IMG/VR virus record: IMGVR_UViG_3300032278_000003
Span: 2,968 to 66,967 of that record
Reading direction: 5' to 3' (one strand)
Length of the DNA: 64,000 bases
From: a virus
Made by a program: the position numbers and the translations under genes. Below the pieces are notes generated by a model. That model was not told the DNA's origin. It did not search any database and saw nothing but the letters and a program-made list of their open reading frames with translations. This document shows positions 17,760-27,484 of this stretch, piece after piece (the stretch's first letter is position 1; every line of letters begins with the position of its first letter).

Positions 17760-19361
17760 TTAAATTAACCACCTAAAATCCATATCTATGCTTCCCGAAA
17801 GATGCGAAGATAACACTTCATAAGGAACGCCTCTGACGCTTCTTAGTATCTTGTTTAAATATTCATTCCCGAAAGAAGAGCCAACTGACCCCTGAAACGA
17901 ATTAGAATCTGATGAAAAACCAGACAACATTGCCTTATTAAGGTCCGCAGATGATTTAGAGTGAAAACTAGATGTATCATACAACCAAATACCGATCGCT
18001 AAAGACATAACTAGATCGTCATGCTTCCCGCGCATCGCCTGTGGCCTCGAACCCTTCCATATAAAGGTTTTCATCTCTTCATAAAACCTAGAAGAGTATA
18101 TCTTTATTTGGTTATTCCTAATTACTTCTTCTAGTTTAGTTAAAATCTTGTTTCTAGAAGGACCTTGCGTTGAAAAGCCAGCTTTGCCAATGGGGCCATC
18201 ATTATAAAGGGCAGAGATGCGATCTTTCTCCTTCTCGAAGTAAATATTTTGGCATTTTAACTCTTTTAGCTTCATCAAAACAGCATATCCGTATGTATTG
18301 CTCTCCGGGCAGATGACTGCGTTGTTATACCTCTTACTAGCCTCTATTAGGACCAAAGCAAATTGATCTGGTGGTGATTTTCCCTTAAATTCGCAAACAA
18401 CTTCCGACTCGTTGGTATCAATTACATGAAAAGTTGAAAAATCAGCGCTATCGCCGCGGGATATATCGGCACTGATGACGTATTTGTTTTCTGGTTGGGC
18501 ATATTTCCAAACCCAAATGTTATTGCTTGGTCCCCAGCGCTCTAATGGGTTCTTGATTGACATCATTAGCTTCTCAATGTCCCTTTGTGTCAAAAATGTC
18601 TCACCAGAAGCTTGGAAATCACACAGTAGCTCTTGCGCTATCTGCCTTTTTGTCATATTCTTGGTTTCTTTTTCAAACCAAGCATCATCTCTTTCTGGGT
18701 GAACATCCCACTGAAGTTTTATTGGGTTAAAATCATTATCGCCAGTTTCGGCTTGCATATAAATGTCATAGTACTGACCACCGACACCATTTGGCGTTGA
18801 TAGAACTATTGCGCGGCCACCAGTGGACAACGTTGGGTATAAACCCATCCACAGTTCATCAAAATTCCTCACGAAAGCAGCTTCGTCAACTATTAGCAAA
18901 GAAAGCGCCTCAGAACGTCCAGCATCTTCTGATGTCGGTACTGCTTTTACGATTGAACCGTTCGAAAACTCAAGAGATTGCTTATTATTAGAAATTATCT
19001 CTGGCATTAGCAACCACTTCGGTAAATGGCGGATGATAAACTTAACTTTTCTAATGAAATTTTGCGCGACGGCCAATTTTGTGGCAATAATTAAAACATT
19101 CTTATCTTTATAGAAAATGGTTAACCAAACAGCGTACGCAGCAACTAAAGTAGATAACCCTAACTGACGGCTTTTGACAATTACGTTAAACCGGTGAGCA
19201 TTGAACTCTTTTACGCACTCATCTTGAAACTCGTAAGTATCGAAATCTAACGTTCCTCGAGTAGCGTGCTGTATTTTGCAGTATTTGTTAAAGAAATAAG
19301 AAGGATTTTTCCCGCATTTGATGATCTCTTTTACTTGTCGCTGCTTCGTCGATGGGGGCAT
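17760..19361 (-). CDS. terL: Terminase large subunit (T4 gp17-like)
   Basis: Walker A KSRQLGLST, Walker B LLIVDEAAF, STPNG, and nuclease motifs ISADISRG and HDDLVMS. Confidence 0.96.
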   Translation of the reverse strand: MPPSTKQRQVKEIIKCGKNPSYFFNKYCKIQHATRGTLDFDTYEFQDECVKEFNAHRFNVIVKSRQLGLSTLVAAYAVWLTIFYKDKNVLIIATKLAVAQNFIRKVKFIIRHLPKWLLMPEIISNNKQSLEFSNGSIVKAVPTSEDAGRSEALSLLIVDEAAFVRNFDELWMGLYPTLSTGGRAIVLSTPNGVGGQYYDIYMQAETGDNDFNPIKLQWDVHPERDDAWFEKETKNMTKRQIAQELLCDFQASGETFLTQRDIEKLMMSIKNPLERWGPSNNIWVWKYAQPENKYVISADISRGDSADFSTFHVIDTNESEVVCEFKGKSPPDQFALVLIEASKRYNNAVICPESNTYGYAVLMKLKELKCQNIYFEKEKDRISALYNDGPIGKAGFSTQGPSRNKILTKLEEVIRNNQIKIYSSRFYEEMKTFIWKGSRPQAMRGKHDDLVMSLAIGIWLYDTSSFHSKSSADLNKAMLSGFSSDSNSFQGSVGSSFGNEYLNKILRSVRGVPYEVLSSHLSGSIDMDFRWLI

Positions 19362-19729
19362 TATGAAACCTTGAGGTGAACATTCATCCTATAGTATGCA
19401 TGCTTACGCGGTGAGTATGGAGATACGCTTACTAACTCTACGTCATCATCCCTGTCTTCCTCTGTGACCTTAATAGAACGACCGACCCGGTCCTTAAACT
19501 GAGTTTTCATGTTCTTTAACGCATCCGCGATGGCATCATTAGCCTCTTTTTCGTATTTAGTCTTCTGCTGCTGCATTGATTCTTCACTAGCAAAAGATAT
19601 AACCGCAATGTACTTAAGAACTAAGCTATCCCCGTGTATATGAGAGGTTACTTTCATAGTATCACTAGAATAACCAAAAGTGTGATTAAATATCTGTCCT
19701 AATGCGCTGACTTCTTCTGAATTTAACAT
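19361..19729 (-). CDS. Hypothetical protein coupled to terL
   Basis: 122-aa ORF with AGGAG SD and a TAATG overlap with the terL start. Confidence 0.7.
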   Translation of the reverse strand: MLNSEEVSALGQIFNHTFGYSSDTMKVTSHIHGDSLVLKYIAVISFASEESMQQQKTKYEKEANDAIADALKNMKTQFKDRVGRSIKVTEEDRDDDVELVSVSPYSPRKHAYYRMNVHLKVS

Positions 19730-19737
19730 TCTTTCTC

Positions 19738-19998
19738 CTAAAAAAACCTATACCTCGGTTTAAATCCTGATTTCTTTCTCAATAGCCACTCGTCAACTTC
19801 TTTCTGACCCGGCTTCCAATCTTGACCCAAAAAATTCTTATTGGGTTCTATAAAACATATAAAGCACTCTGAGCAAGAATCGTGGTTGTAGACGCTGATA
19901 GTATCTTCTAAAGTTTGAAGTATACCAGAGCACACCGGACAATTGACAGCAAAGCTTTTTTCTCTTTCGTCTATATAAATATCAACAAAATTACTCAT
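19738..19998 (-). CDS. Small Zn-finger protein
   Basis: 86 aa with CPVC...CSEC; overlaps the Mre11-Rad50 stop. Confidence 0.65.
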   Translation of the reverse strand: MSNFVDIYIDEREKSFAVNCPVCSGILQTLEDTISVYNHDSCSECFICFIEPNKNFLGQDWKPGQKEVDEWLLRKKSGFKPRYRFF

Positions 19999-22900
19999 GA
20001 ACTACCAAAGAATTCTTTCCCTTATTTCTAATGTCTAAAACGTTATCAACAACATCTTTAATTGCATCTATGTGCGAGATCACCAATATACACTTAAACC
20101 ATTTTTTAAGAGACAGCAACAAACGGCTGCAAGCTTCTATGTTCCCATCATCGAGAGCACCGAAACCCTCATCAATTATAAGCAAATCTGACTTTGGTAA
20201 ATTAGATACATTAATTAAAGCCACCCTGATGGCCAAAGATGATAACATTTTCTCCATACCAGACGCACACTCTATTACGCGCTTTGAGTCACCGTAATTA
20301 ATAAATACGTCAAGAGCATTCGTGTTTTCTTCAGCCTCGATGTCGACAGTGAATTCTACAACTCCATGAAGTATCTTTTCGATTTCAGCGTTTATGATGG
20401 GAAGCTGCACACTCATTATTTTTAGCGGTATGCCTTTTTTATCAACTGCTTGAAGAAAAGCAGTATAAACATTCCACTTCTTTTTTAGCTCAGCAAATTT
20501 TTCTCTTTCTTCCTCTAGATCAGAAAGCACCTGCTGGTTTAAACCTATTTTCTCGCTGAGGCTTAGCCTTTCGGAGTCAAGAAAATTAGCGCGAGTAGAT
20601 AGCATTTTTAGCTTGCTCTTTAGACGATTAATCTCTTTTGCCTCTGAACTTTCTGTCGCATTTAACTTCATTTTTGATAACTGGTTCTTAGAATCTTGAA
20701 GCTCTTGGTTAATGTTAGTATCTTCAACTTCAAGCTCCCTCAAAGACACGACCATGCCGCTTTTTTCAAGCTTTGAATCTGATTCTGACTTTAATATATC
20801 TTCGTATTTACTGACTTTATCCTCTAGCGACTCACCCAGCATTTTTTTCAAGCTTCTCTTTATTGCGGAACAGTTAGACGAAATCTCTGTGACTTTTTCT
20901 TGCTGCAGCGGAATGTTTTCTTTTGCAATGTGGGAATCTTTGATGAATTTGCACTTTGGGAACTGAGTTCCGCAGGGAACAACTTCCAGAGTGCTAGCAC
21001 ATTTTTTCTGGTTCTTTAAAAGAGTCTTTTCTCTCTCGAGCATGTGCTGTATCGATTGTAAATTAACCTCGATCTCTTTTTGTTGCTGCAGGTTTTCTTT
21101 TAACTCTTCAATCGGAAACTGTTCTTTTATCAAGGATATTTTTTCAAGCTTATTATCGATCTCGTTGATACTGTCAGAGATGGATAATATCCTTCTTTGC
21201 ATAGACATGCTTCTTTTTAGCAAGTCATCGATATGCTTAACTTGATCTCTTATCTCATCTTCAGTAAAATCTTCAGAATTTTCGTGAGTTGCTAACAAAA
21301 GCTTTAAGCTATCAACTTCTTCTCGTATAATCTTTGACTGTTCTTCAACCTCTATTCTTTCTTGCACAAATGATTCTAACTCGAACCTTTTATTCCTGAT
21401 AATAGAAGACCAGTCTCTATCTGGAGCGCTTTTCATTGAACCCTTAAGTTCTGAAAACTCTGCTTTAGCGATATTCAGCATGCTGTCAAATATGCCCAAA
21501 TCCAAAAACTTAGTAAGTATAGATTTCCTGACTGTTGCGCCGTTACAGATGAAGTTATTCATCCCTCCCTGGCTGGCTAAAGATGTCAGAAGAAAATCTT
21601 CCGCAGACCCGACTAAAAGCTTAAGATCTTTCTCTGTTTCCCTTCTTTGTTCGCCGCTAAGATCTTCTACTTTTTCACCGTTCGATAATACCTTCCAAAG
21701 GTTTAAGCTCGTTGAGGCATTGGTCTTTCCAGACCTCATTGTATGCTTAACAGACTGCCTCTCTGTCCTGTATAATATTCCGTTAACGTTAAAATCTATA
21801 TTAACTTGACAAAAACCTTTTCTTGAATTGATGATATGCAAATTTTTGATAGCGCCACGATCGGTTGTATTAAAAAGCCCGTACATCATAGCACCAGGAA
21901 TCGATGATTTTCCAGACCTGTTTTTACCAAAAATGCCAGTTATGCCTGGAAGCTTATCAAAATCAATTGCGTTTCCAGTTCCGTAACCAAAAGTATTATC
22001 AAACCTCATCTTTTTTAAAGACCACTTTAAGTTTTTCTTGCTTTCGTTACGAGCGGCTTCCGAAGCAATTCTTTTCGTCATGTCTTCAAGGATACTGCGC
22101 TCATCGTTGCTTAAAACATAAGTCTTAGTATACTCGTTCATGAGTTTAACGTGAGTCGATGGGTTAGATAAATCAGACTTATTCAGTGTCGTATCACCGA
22201 TGGTGATCGTCTCATCGTGCGTATCATCTACATCCCACTTAAAAACGACTTCAGTCGATAAGTAATTCTCTTTTAACTCATTCGCTAGCTGTTTTATCTC
22301 ACTTTGTGGTATTGTCGTTGAAGACCTGATCCTAAATCTTCCCTGCTTCATCGATTCATCCACCACCACTAAAGTTTTTTCAATACTTCCCTCCCAGGGG
22401 ATTGTATAAAACGAACGTGGGTTAGAAACAGCGACAAACTTAACGTCAAAATCATCACGATCTCTAATGTCCCATATGAGGTATCCTTTGTCCGGATCTT
22501 CTCCATAATTCTGTTGTATTGTGCTACCTGGATAAGCTATGCGCTGATCTTCAACAAGGAATTGTGATTTATGAATATCACCCAAAAAAGCAAAATCAAA
22601 ATCTTTAAAAAACTCTGCATTTATCTGGTCGTTTTCGCTAATTTCGAAATCACTATCGACTTTGCATCCCCAAACCGGTCCGTGAAACAAGGCTATACTT
22701 AAGCCCTGTGGGCTTGGGTTTACTTCCTCCCAGGATTCTTCATCAAAACACGAAAAGACACACCAGCTAACACCGTGACCCTCTATCGGATATGTTCCGG
22801 ACTGTTTGTACAGTTTAATGTTATCATCGCCTATAGCTTCAACAATCGGGGTGATAGCATCTTGCCTGTCTTTGTTCAAGATGAGACCGTCGTGATTGCC

Positions 22901-23140
22901 CAGGATCGCGTGAACGGGGGCGATTGATGCTAATCCCTTAAACCACCAGACTAAAACTTGAATTAATTCTGGAGAAATGCCTTGAGTCTTCGAGTGTACT
23001 ATATCGCCACCGATGAATATAGCGTCTAAATCTTCGTCTCTTAAATCGGAAAATATTCTTTCGAAAACTTCGATATACTCATCGTGACGTGATAGCCCTC
23101 GAAAGTGAATGTCAGCAAAATGTGCGCATCGAAAACTCAT
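19991..23140 (-). CDS. Fused Mre11/SbcD nuclease - Rad50/SbcC ATPase (gp47-gp46 fusion)
   Basis: N-terminal metallophosphoesterase motifs ADIH, GGD, GNHD, HG and GDIH; then Walker A GKNRSGKSS, Q-loop, coiled coil, signature SGMEK, Walker B LLIIDEGFGALD and H-loop ISH, all in one 1049-aa ORF. Confidence 0.93.
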   Translation of the reverse strand: MSFRCAHFADIHFRGLSRHDEYIEVFERIFSDLRDEDLDAIFIGGDIVHSKTQGISPELIQVLVWWFKGLASIAPVHAILGNHDGLILNKDRQDAITPIVEAIGDDNIKLYKQSGTYPIEGHGVSWCVFSCFDEESWEEVNPSPQGLSIALFHGPVWGCKVDSDFEISENDQINAEFFKDFDFAFLGDIHKSQFLVEDQRIAYPGSTIQQNYGEDPDKGYLIWDIRDRDDFDVKFVAVSNPRSFYTIPWEGSIEKTLVVVDESMKQGRFRIRSSTTIPQSEIKQLANELKENYLSTEVVFKWDVDDTHDETITIGDTTLNKSDLSNPSTHVKLMNEYTKTYVLSNDERSILEDMTKRIASEAARNESKKNLKWSLKKMRFDNTFGYGTGNAIDFDKLPGITGIFGKNRSGKSSIPGAMMYGLFNTTDRGAIKNLHIINSRKGFCQVNIDFNVNGILYRTERQSVKHTMRSGKTNASTSLNLWKVLSNGEKVEDLSGEQRRETEKDLKLLVGSAEDFLLTSLASQGGMNNFICNGATVRKSILTKFLDLGIFDSMLNIAKAEFSELKGSMKSAPDRDWSSIIRNKRFELESFVQERIEVEEQSKIIREEVDSLKLLLATHENSEDFTEDEIRDQVKHIDDLLKRSMSMQRRILSISDSINEIDNKLEKISLIKEQFPIEELKENLQQQKEIEVNLQSIQHMLEREKTLLKNQKKCASTLEVVPCGTQFPKCKFIKDSHIAKENIPLQQEKVTEISSNCSAIKRSLKKMLGESLEDKVSKYEDILKSESDSKLEKSGMVVSLRELEVEDTNINQELQDSKNQLSKMKLNATESSEAKEINRLKSKLKMLSTRANFLDSERLSLSEKIGLNQQVLSDLEEEREKFAELKKKWNVYTAFLQAVDKKGIPLKIMSVQLPIINAEIEKILHGVVEFTVDIEAEENTNALDVFINYGDSKRVIECASGMEKMLSSLAIRVALINVSNLPKSDLLIIDEGFGALDDGNIEACSRLLLSLKKWFKCILVISHIDAIKDVVDNVLDIRNKGKNSLVVHE

Positions 23141-23147
23141 GAATACC

Positions 23148-24122
23148 TTAAATTAAAGATCCGGATTTTATCGAAGAGATCAGGTTCAAAAGCCGGTCAT
23201 CATTACCGAACTTTTTAGCTGAATTTAATCTTTCGAAAAAAACTTTTTTGGTCATCTCTCCAACGTCATCATACCCGTTACAATCTAAAATCCTAACAGC
23301 AATTCCGTAAGAATTCAGAAGCGATGCGATCTTATACATTTTCGTCCTCATGTCTGGATCAAGCGCCAAACAGACAGGAGTATCATTTTTTACTATCATT
23401 CTAAATAGGTTCTGATCTTCTTTTAAAGAACAACCCAACAAGCATGTAGCGTTGTTATTAGCTTTCACTAAATCAAAAGGGCCCTCTACGAGTGTTAATT
23501 CTTTGCTCCAATCAATGTTTATTTCATTGAAAATAATATCTCTTCTTGGGACTCTCGAGTTAATGTACTTCATTCTAGAATCTTTAAAAACAGAACGAGC
23601 TACATAGTAATTCAGGCATCCATCGCTATCAAACGACGGCATGATTACTCGATGTCTCAGCCTTCCAAATGGTGTCGCGCACAGTTTAAAATACCAGAGA
23701 TCATCATCCGACATGCCTCTTGACTGAGAGTATTTTATGCTTGCTTTGATGTCCGGATCGATGGACTCTTTGGATTCAACTAATAAGACAAATCCTTTCG
23801 GAAGCTCAACTTCTGGCACCTCGTCCAAATTAACAGAAACTTGGTTATCAGAATTATTCATTCTCTTAAAAACGCGAGAAGATTCATCAGCTAAAGATGG
23901 GAAATATCTAAAAGCTAGCTTGCGTACGCCCAAACCGGAAATACCACACACCCAGCAGTTGTACTGTTGCGTCTCTAGCTGGATCACTAGTTTTAGCTTT
24001 GAAGAATTGTGTGATTTACACTTTTTGTTCGGGCACGAAACTTCAACGTTAACGTTATCTGGTGTCGGTCTAATTTTTTTAAAAGCTCGACGTAAGAATT
24101 TTATTTTTTCATTTCGCGACAA
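23148..24122 (-). CDS. DNA primase (T4 gp61-like; Zn finger + TOPRIM)
   Basis: CP...C...CWVC Zn finger; YYVAR, KY-x-N, LVEGPFD, LDPD and DVGE TOPRIM motifs; TTG start. Confidence 0.88.
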   Translation of the reverse strand: MSRNEKIKFLRRAFKKIRPTPDNVNVEVSCPNKKCKSHNSSKLKLVIQLETQQYNCWVCGISGLGVRKLAFRYFPSLADESSRVFKRMNNSDNQVSVNLDEVPEVELPKGFVLLVESKESIDPDIKASIKYSQSRGMSDDDLWYFKLCATPFGRLRHRVIMPSFDSDGCLNYYVARSVFKDSRMKYINSRVPRRDIIFNEINIDWSKELTLVEGPFDLVKANNNATCLLGCSLKEDQNLFRMIVKNDTPVCLALDPDMRTKMYKIASLLNSYGIAVRILDCNGYDDVGEMTKKVFFERLNSAKKFGNDDRLLNLISSIKSGSLI

Positions 24123-24123
24123 T

Positions 24124-24663
24124 CTAATCTCTTGTAGCTAGATCTCTAGCTATAACATAAGCATCTGCCATATCATAACATTCTTTGATCAAGACTACAA
24201 AGCCTTTTCTCGGACCCTGTCTCATGACCTTGGTTGGCCAATCAAAACTTGGTTCGAGAGACGATACGTGTTCTTGAACTTGTTCTTTTGTGTTTTTGTC
24301 ACTTTTTCGATTGATCTTTATGCCCAGGTTCTTTCTAGCCGAATTTACGTTAATAAACTCTGGCGTTAATTCAAAAATTTCCTGTGATATGTAAGAACAA
24401 ATTCCGTTAAACCTTGCTAACGTCACGATCGTTTTAGCGCTAGATAAGCCGGGTCTAAATGCTTGCAAATTTTCCTCTATCCCGACCCTAGTTACGTTTA
24501 ATTTGTTAGTTAATAGGGATAATTCTTCTTTAAATTTTTTCCCCTTGTCGAAGACTGACTTTTCTTTTTCTAAGTTTATGTATTCTAAAAGCTTAAGTTG
24601 GTTTTTTTCATTTAAAACGCAAACACCAACAACGGATGTGGATATATCTAGACCTAATATCAT
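24124..24663 (-). CDS. RuvC-like Holliday junction resolvase (RNase H fold)
   Basis: MILGLDISTSVVG, IEE and DMADAYVIA follow the RuvC catalytic D/E/D pattern. Confidence 0.85.
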   Translation of the reverse strand: MILGLDISTSVVGVCVLNEKNQLKLLEYINLEKEKSVFDKGKKFKEELSLLTNKLNVTRVGIEENLQAFRPGLSSAKTIVTLARFNGICSYISQEIFELTPEFINVNSARKNLGIKINRKSDKNTKEQVQEHVSSLEPSFDWPTKVMRQGPRKGFVVLIKECYDMADAYVIARDLATRD

Positions 24664-24678
24664 TTAAAATTATATCTG

Positions 24679-27474
24679 CTAGAAATCCATCTTAAAACGA
24701 AAAACGTAACGATCGTTATCTTTTCTGACTATTGGACGCGATAGATTTACTTTACCAACAACATTTAAGTTTTCATCGTGGATAAACATATTAGTGATTA
24801 AATTACAACTGCTTTCAGCATCAGCTGGAAGATTTGTCGGTCGAAGATTTTGGAATGTTGGATTAGAAGAACTAACAGCTTCATCAGCAGATATTGGTAT
24901 TCTCATCTCTAGCATATGTATATTACGATCACCCCTAAAATCAACGTTAAATTGTTGCATGCCAAAAGGTGGTATTGTCGGATCCATAAGGCAAACCATA
25001 CCCTCTTCATAGATAATGTTTCCGACAGCTGCCCACGTTGGATGGCTACCCGAAGCGTTGCAGCGATAAAGCTCTCCCATGCCGTTATCTTTAAATGATA
25101 ACTGCATTTTTCCAGCGCTGCCGGTGACGTAAGGATCTCTGAGGACAAAAGATTCTCTCTTTATCAGATCTCCGTAAAACATGTTTGATATATCAAAAAA
25201 CGTAATCTCATTTGAGTCTGTATCTTTTGTCCTGTTAAGAACGACTAAATCGATATTGCTTTGATCTCCGTAAACTTTAGATGCCGCTATTGTAACGACT
25301 GTTCCACCATCGGAAGAAACTTGGATATCTACCGGCGGTAACAAAGCTTCAGTTATACCGTCAACGTTAGTCGTGTTTAAATCTTCAGAAAGAAGCTGGT
25401 TATACTGTTCTTTCATATCGATCAAGTTTCTCATAGATACTCGACCAACAGTCGGATAGCCCTGATCGTTAACGAAATAATCAGATGAAGAACCGCTTGT
25501 TAACGTTGATATGCGTGTTTCTAGGGTAGTAAACTGAGGTCTGTGGTCTCCACAGTCACTGGGCAATAGAGACAGGTTGCGTTTTCTGTTCTGAGGCCTC
25601 AGATAGAGCGCTTCAGTTGCCGGCATGAAATCAAAATCATCAGCATCAAAATCAGTAAAAGTACCAAGCGCTTCTTGTTCGTGCAACTGGTGACACCTAG
25701 CCTGAGCGCCAGTCACTAAATCGTAACAAAAATTTTCCAAGCTAATCGACCTAGCCCCCAGACCAAACGATAGCTGAGTATTAAAGGGAGTGTGAACGGT
25801 CGATGTTGTTGATTGCGATGGAGTCTCTAAAATCCTTCGCATCGAGCTTGACGGTACAAACATCGGTGGAAGATAAAACAAGAAATTAGAATCTGTGAAT
25901 TCGTAGTAACCGCTAGCAGCAGTTGAAATAATCTCTTCGTCTGTCCTATAACGTCCAAAAATCCGTATTTCTTGCAATTCTGCATTTAATGGTGCGTTAA
26001 AAGCTATATCCGACTGAGTTGTTCCAACGCTAGTGCCGTCTCCAGTAAACGTAAACTGTGGCACGAATTTATCTGGATCTTTTTCACCTGGAAAATGCTC
26101 TGCTAATTTCTCTACGCCAAATTTGTAAGCAGCATAATCATCGAATAAGTCAGCAGTTTTGTCAGCAGTAGATGGGCAATTATCTAAAGAAGCAACTAGA
26201 TCATCACCAGAAACTGGAAGTTTGTATTTCACATCATCCGAAGCTGTATTTTGAGAAACTTGCACAGCTCCAGCTGCGTTAGTTGCATCTAAACGCCACT
26301 GTTCTAAACCATCAGCATCTACAGTCGCATTAAATCTATTACCAATAACTAAAGCCGCTGGAATATTATTTTGTATGGCTTTTGGCTGACTCGGTGGGGC
26401 GGGATCATCTACACCAAAGTGTTTCCTAATTGAAAAAGTGTCTTCTATAACAAATTCCCCAGCGGTGTGTCCATCAATAAAAAAGCTACCGGTATAAAAA
26501 TTCTGTGTTGCGCCACCCCACCGGATCGCGCAGTAGCTCCAAACGTCTTTTTTTAACACATCGCTAGATAAGAATATCTTCCTCTTTCCGCGATTTGCAT
26601 TTCCGACCGCAGGATCGACGTGACCCGGTGGCAGACTAGCATCAAACCCAAGCTGTAACATCAACCTGAAAGTGTTAACTCTTCCGTAAGAATCTGTGCC
26701 CGAACCCGATATCAATGATATGCTGTAGCAGTTCGGCATGTGCATGATAGTTCCAGCATGAAAGGGTTCTTTGCTATCCTGGGGTCGACCTGACTCATAA
26801 TCGGTTGTATACCTTGGGTTGATAAAAAACTCATAGCTAAAAGACGCTGACGGAAAGTACCTCCCGGGGCGGTCGTCGACTGTCGGCACGGGAAACACGA
26901 TCGCTGAATCGCTTGGAACGTTTGATGGGTACCTGGCTGATGATGTGAAGAAATTCAGGCAGTGATAATTGGTAAAACCGAAAGATAGCGGTTTCTCATA
27001 CTCGCTCTGATAAAACGGAAGCATGCTTTTTATGAATATTGATTTTCTGATCGTGTTTGCGTTAAACTGGTGCGGCATATCAAACCGGTAAACGATCAGT
27101 TTTTTCTGATTGTCTAAAGATCCTGCAAGTCTTTGAACGTTATTCAGGTAATTGTTGACTATCCCACTGATATTTCTTCTTTTTACATCTCCGCTAGCAA
27201 CGTGATCTTTTACTATCGGTATTGTGGACTCCCAGCTTTTTGGGGTCCACGAACTGTCAGCGACTGATCCGCTTGTTTCAGTTCCCAGAAGCGACATCGC
27301 ATCGAAGCGATACTCTTTTAGCTCATCAGTGATCGTTTTTAAAGTAACGCTACGTTCGGCGAAAAGAAAAACGTCCCCGGTATAACCAGCAGAACTCGAG
27401 ACGAAATTCTGCGTCGGGTGTACCTTGATAGAACTGACCTTGATGTCATCAGGTAGTATAGGGATTAAAGCCAT
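24679..27474 (-). CDS. Baseplate/tail-associated protein with LamG-like domain and tail-collar-type C-terminus
   Basis: SFSYEFFINP...WSYCAIRW...FFIDG...LVIGN...LQEIRIF is a LamG/ConA pattern; the C-terminal IHDENLNVVGKVNLSRPI...FKMDF is paralogous to the next gene's C-terminus. Confidence 0.6.
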   Translation of the reverse strand: MALIPILPDDIKVSSIKVHPTQNFVSSSAGYTGDVFLFAERSVTLKTITDELKEYRFDAMSLLGTETSGSVADSSWTPKSWESTIPIVKDHVASGDVKRRNISGIVNNYLNNVQRLAGSLDNQKKLIVYRFDMPHQFNANTIRKSIFIKSMLPFYQSEYEKPLSFGFTNYHCLNFFTSSARYPSNVPSDSAIVFPVPTVDDRPGRYFPSASFSYEFFINPRYTTDYESGRPQDSKEPFHAGTIMHMPNCYSISLISGSGTDSYGRVNTFRLMLQLGFDASLPPGHVDPAVGNANRGKRKIFLSSDVLKKDVWSYCAIRWGGATQNFYTGSFFIDGHTAGEFVIEDTFSIRKHFGVDDPAPPSQPKAIQNNIPAALVIGNRFNATVDADGLEQWRLDATNAAGAVQVSQNTASDDVKYKLPVSGDDLVASLDNCPSTADKTADLFDDYAAYKFGVEKLAEHFPGEKDPDKFVPQFTFTGDGTSVGTTQSDIAFNAPLNAELQEIRIFGRYRTDEEIISTAASGYYEFTDSNFLFYLPPMFVPSSSMRRILETPSQSTTSTVHTPFNTQLSFGLGARSISLENFCYDLVTGAQARCHQLHEQEALGTFTDFDADDFDFMPATEALYLRPQNRKRNLSLLPSDCGDHRPQFTTLETRISTLTSGSSSDYFVNDQGYPTVGRVSMRNLIDMKEQYNQLLSEDLNTTNVDGITEALLPPVDIQVSSDGGTVVTIAASKVYGDQSNIDLVVLNRTKDTDSNEITFFDISNMFYGDLIKRESFVLRDPYVTGSAGKMQLSFKDNGMGELYRCNASGSHPTWAAVGNIIYEEGMVCLMDPTIPPFGMQQFNVDFRGDRNIHMLEMRIPISADEAVSSSNPTFQNLRPTNLPADAESSCNLITNMFIHDENLNVVGKVNLSRPIVRKDNDRYVFRFKMDF

Positions 27475-27484
27475 GTTATCCCCT

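Noticed and set aside
17760-24122. Inteins or group I introns in terL, Mre11-Rad50 or primase
   Set aside because: Lengths fit the domain content; no HN-C/S/T junction with LAGLIDADG motifs and no frame interruptions were seen.
24664-24681. In-frame read-through from the 931-aa gene (TAG) into the resolvase
   Set aside because: An in-frame TAA lies immediately before the resolvase ATG.
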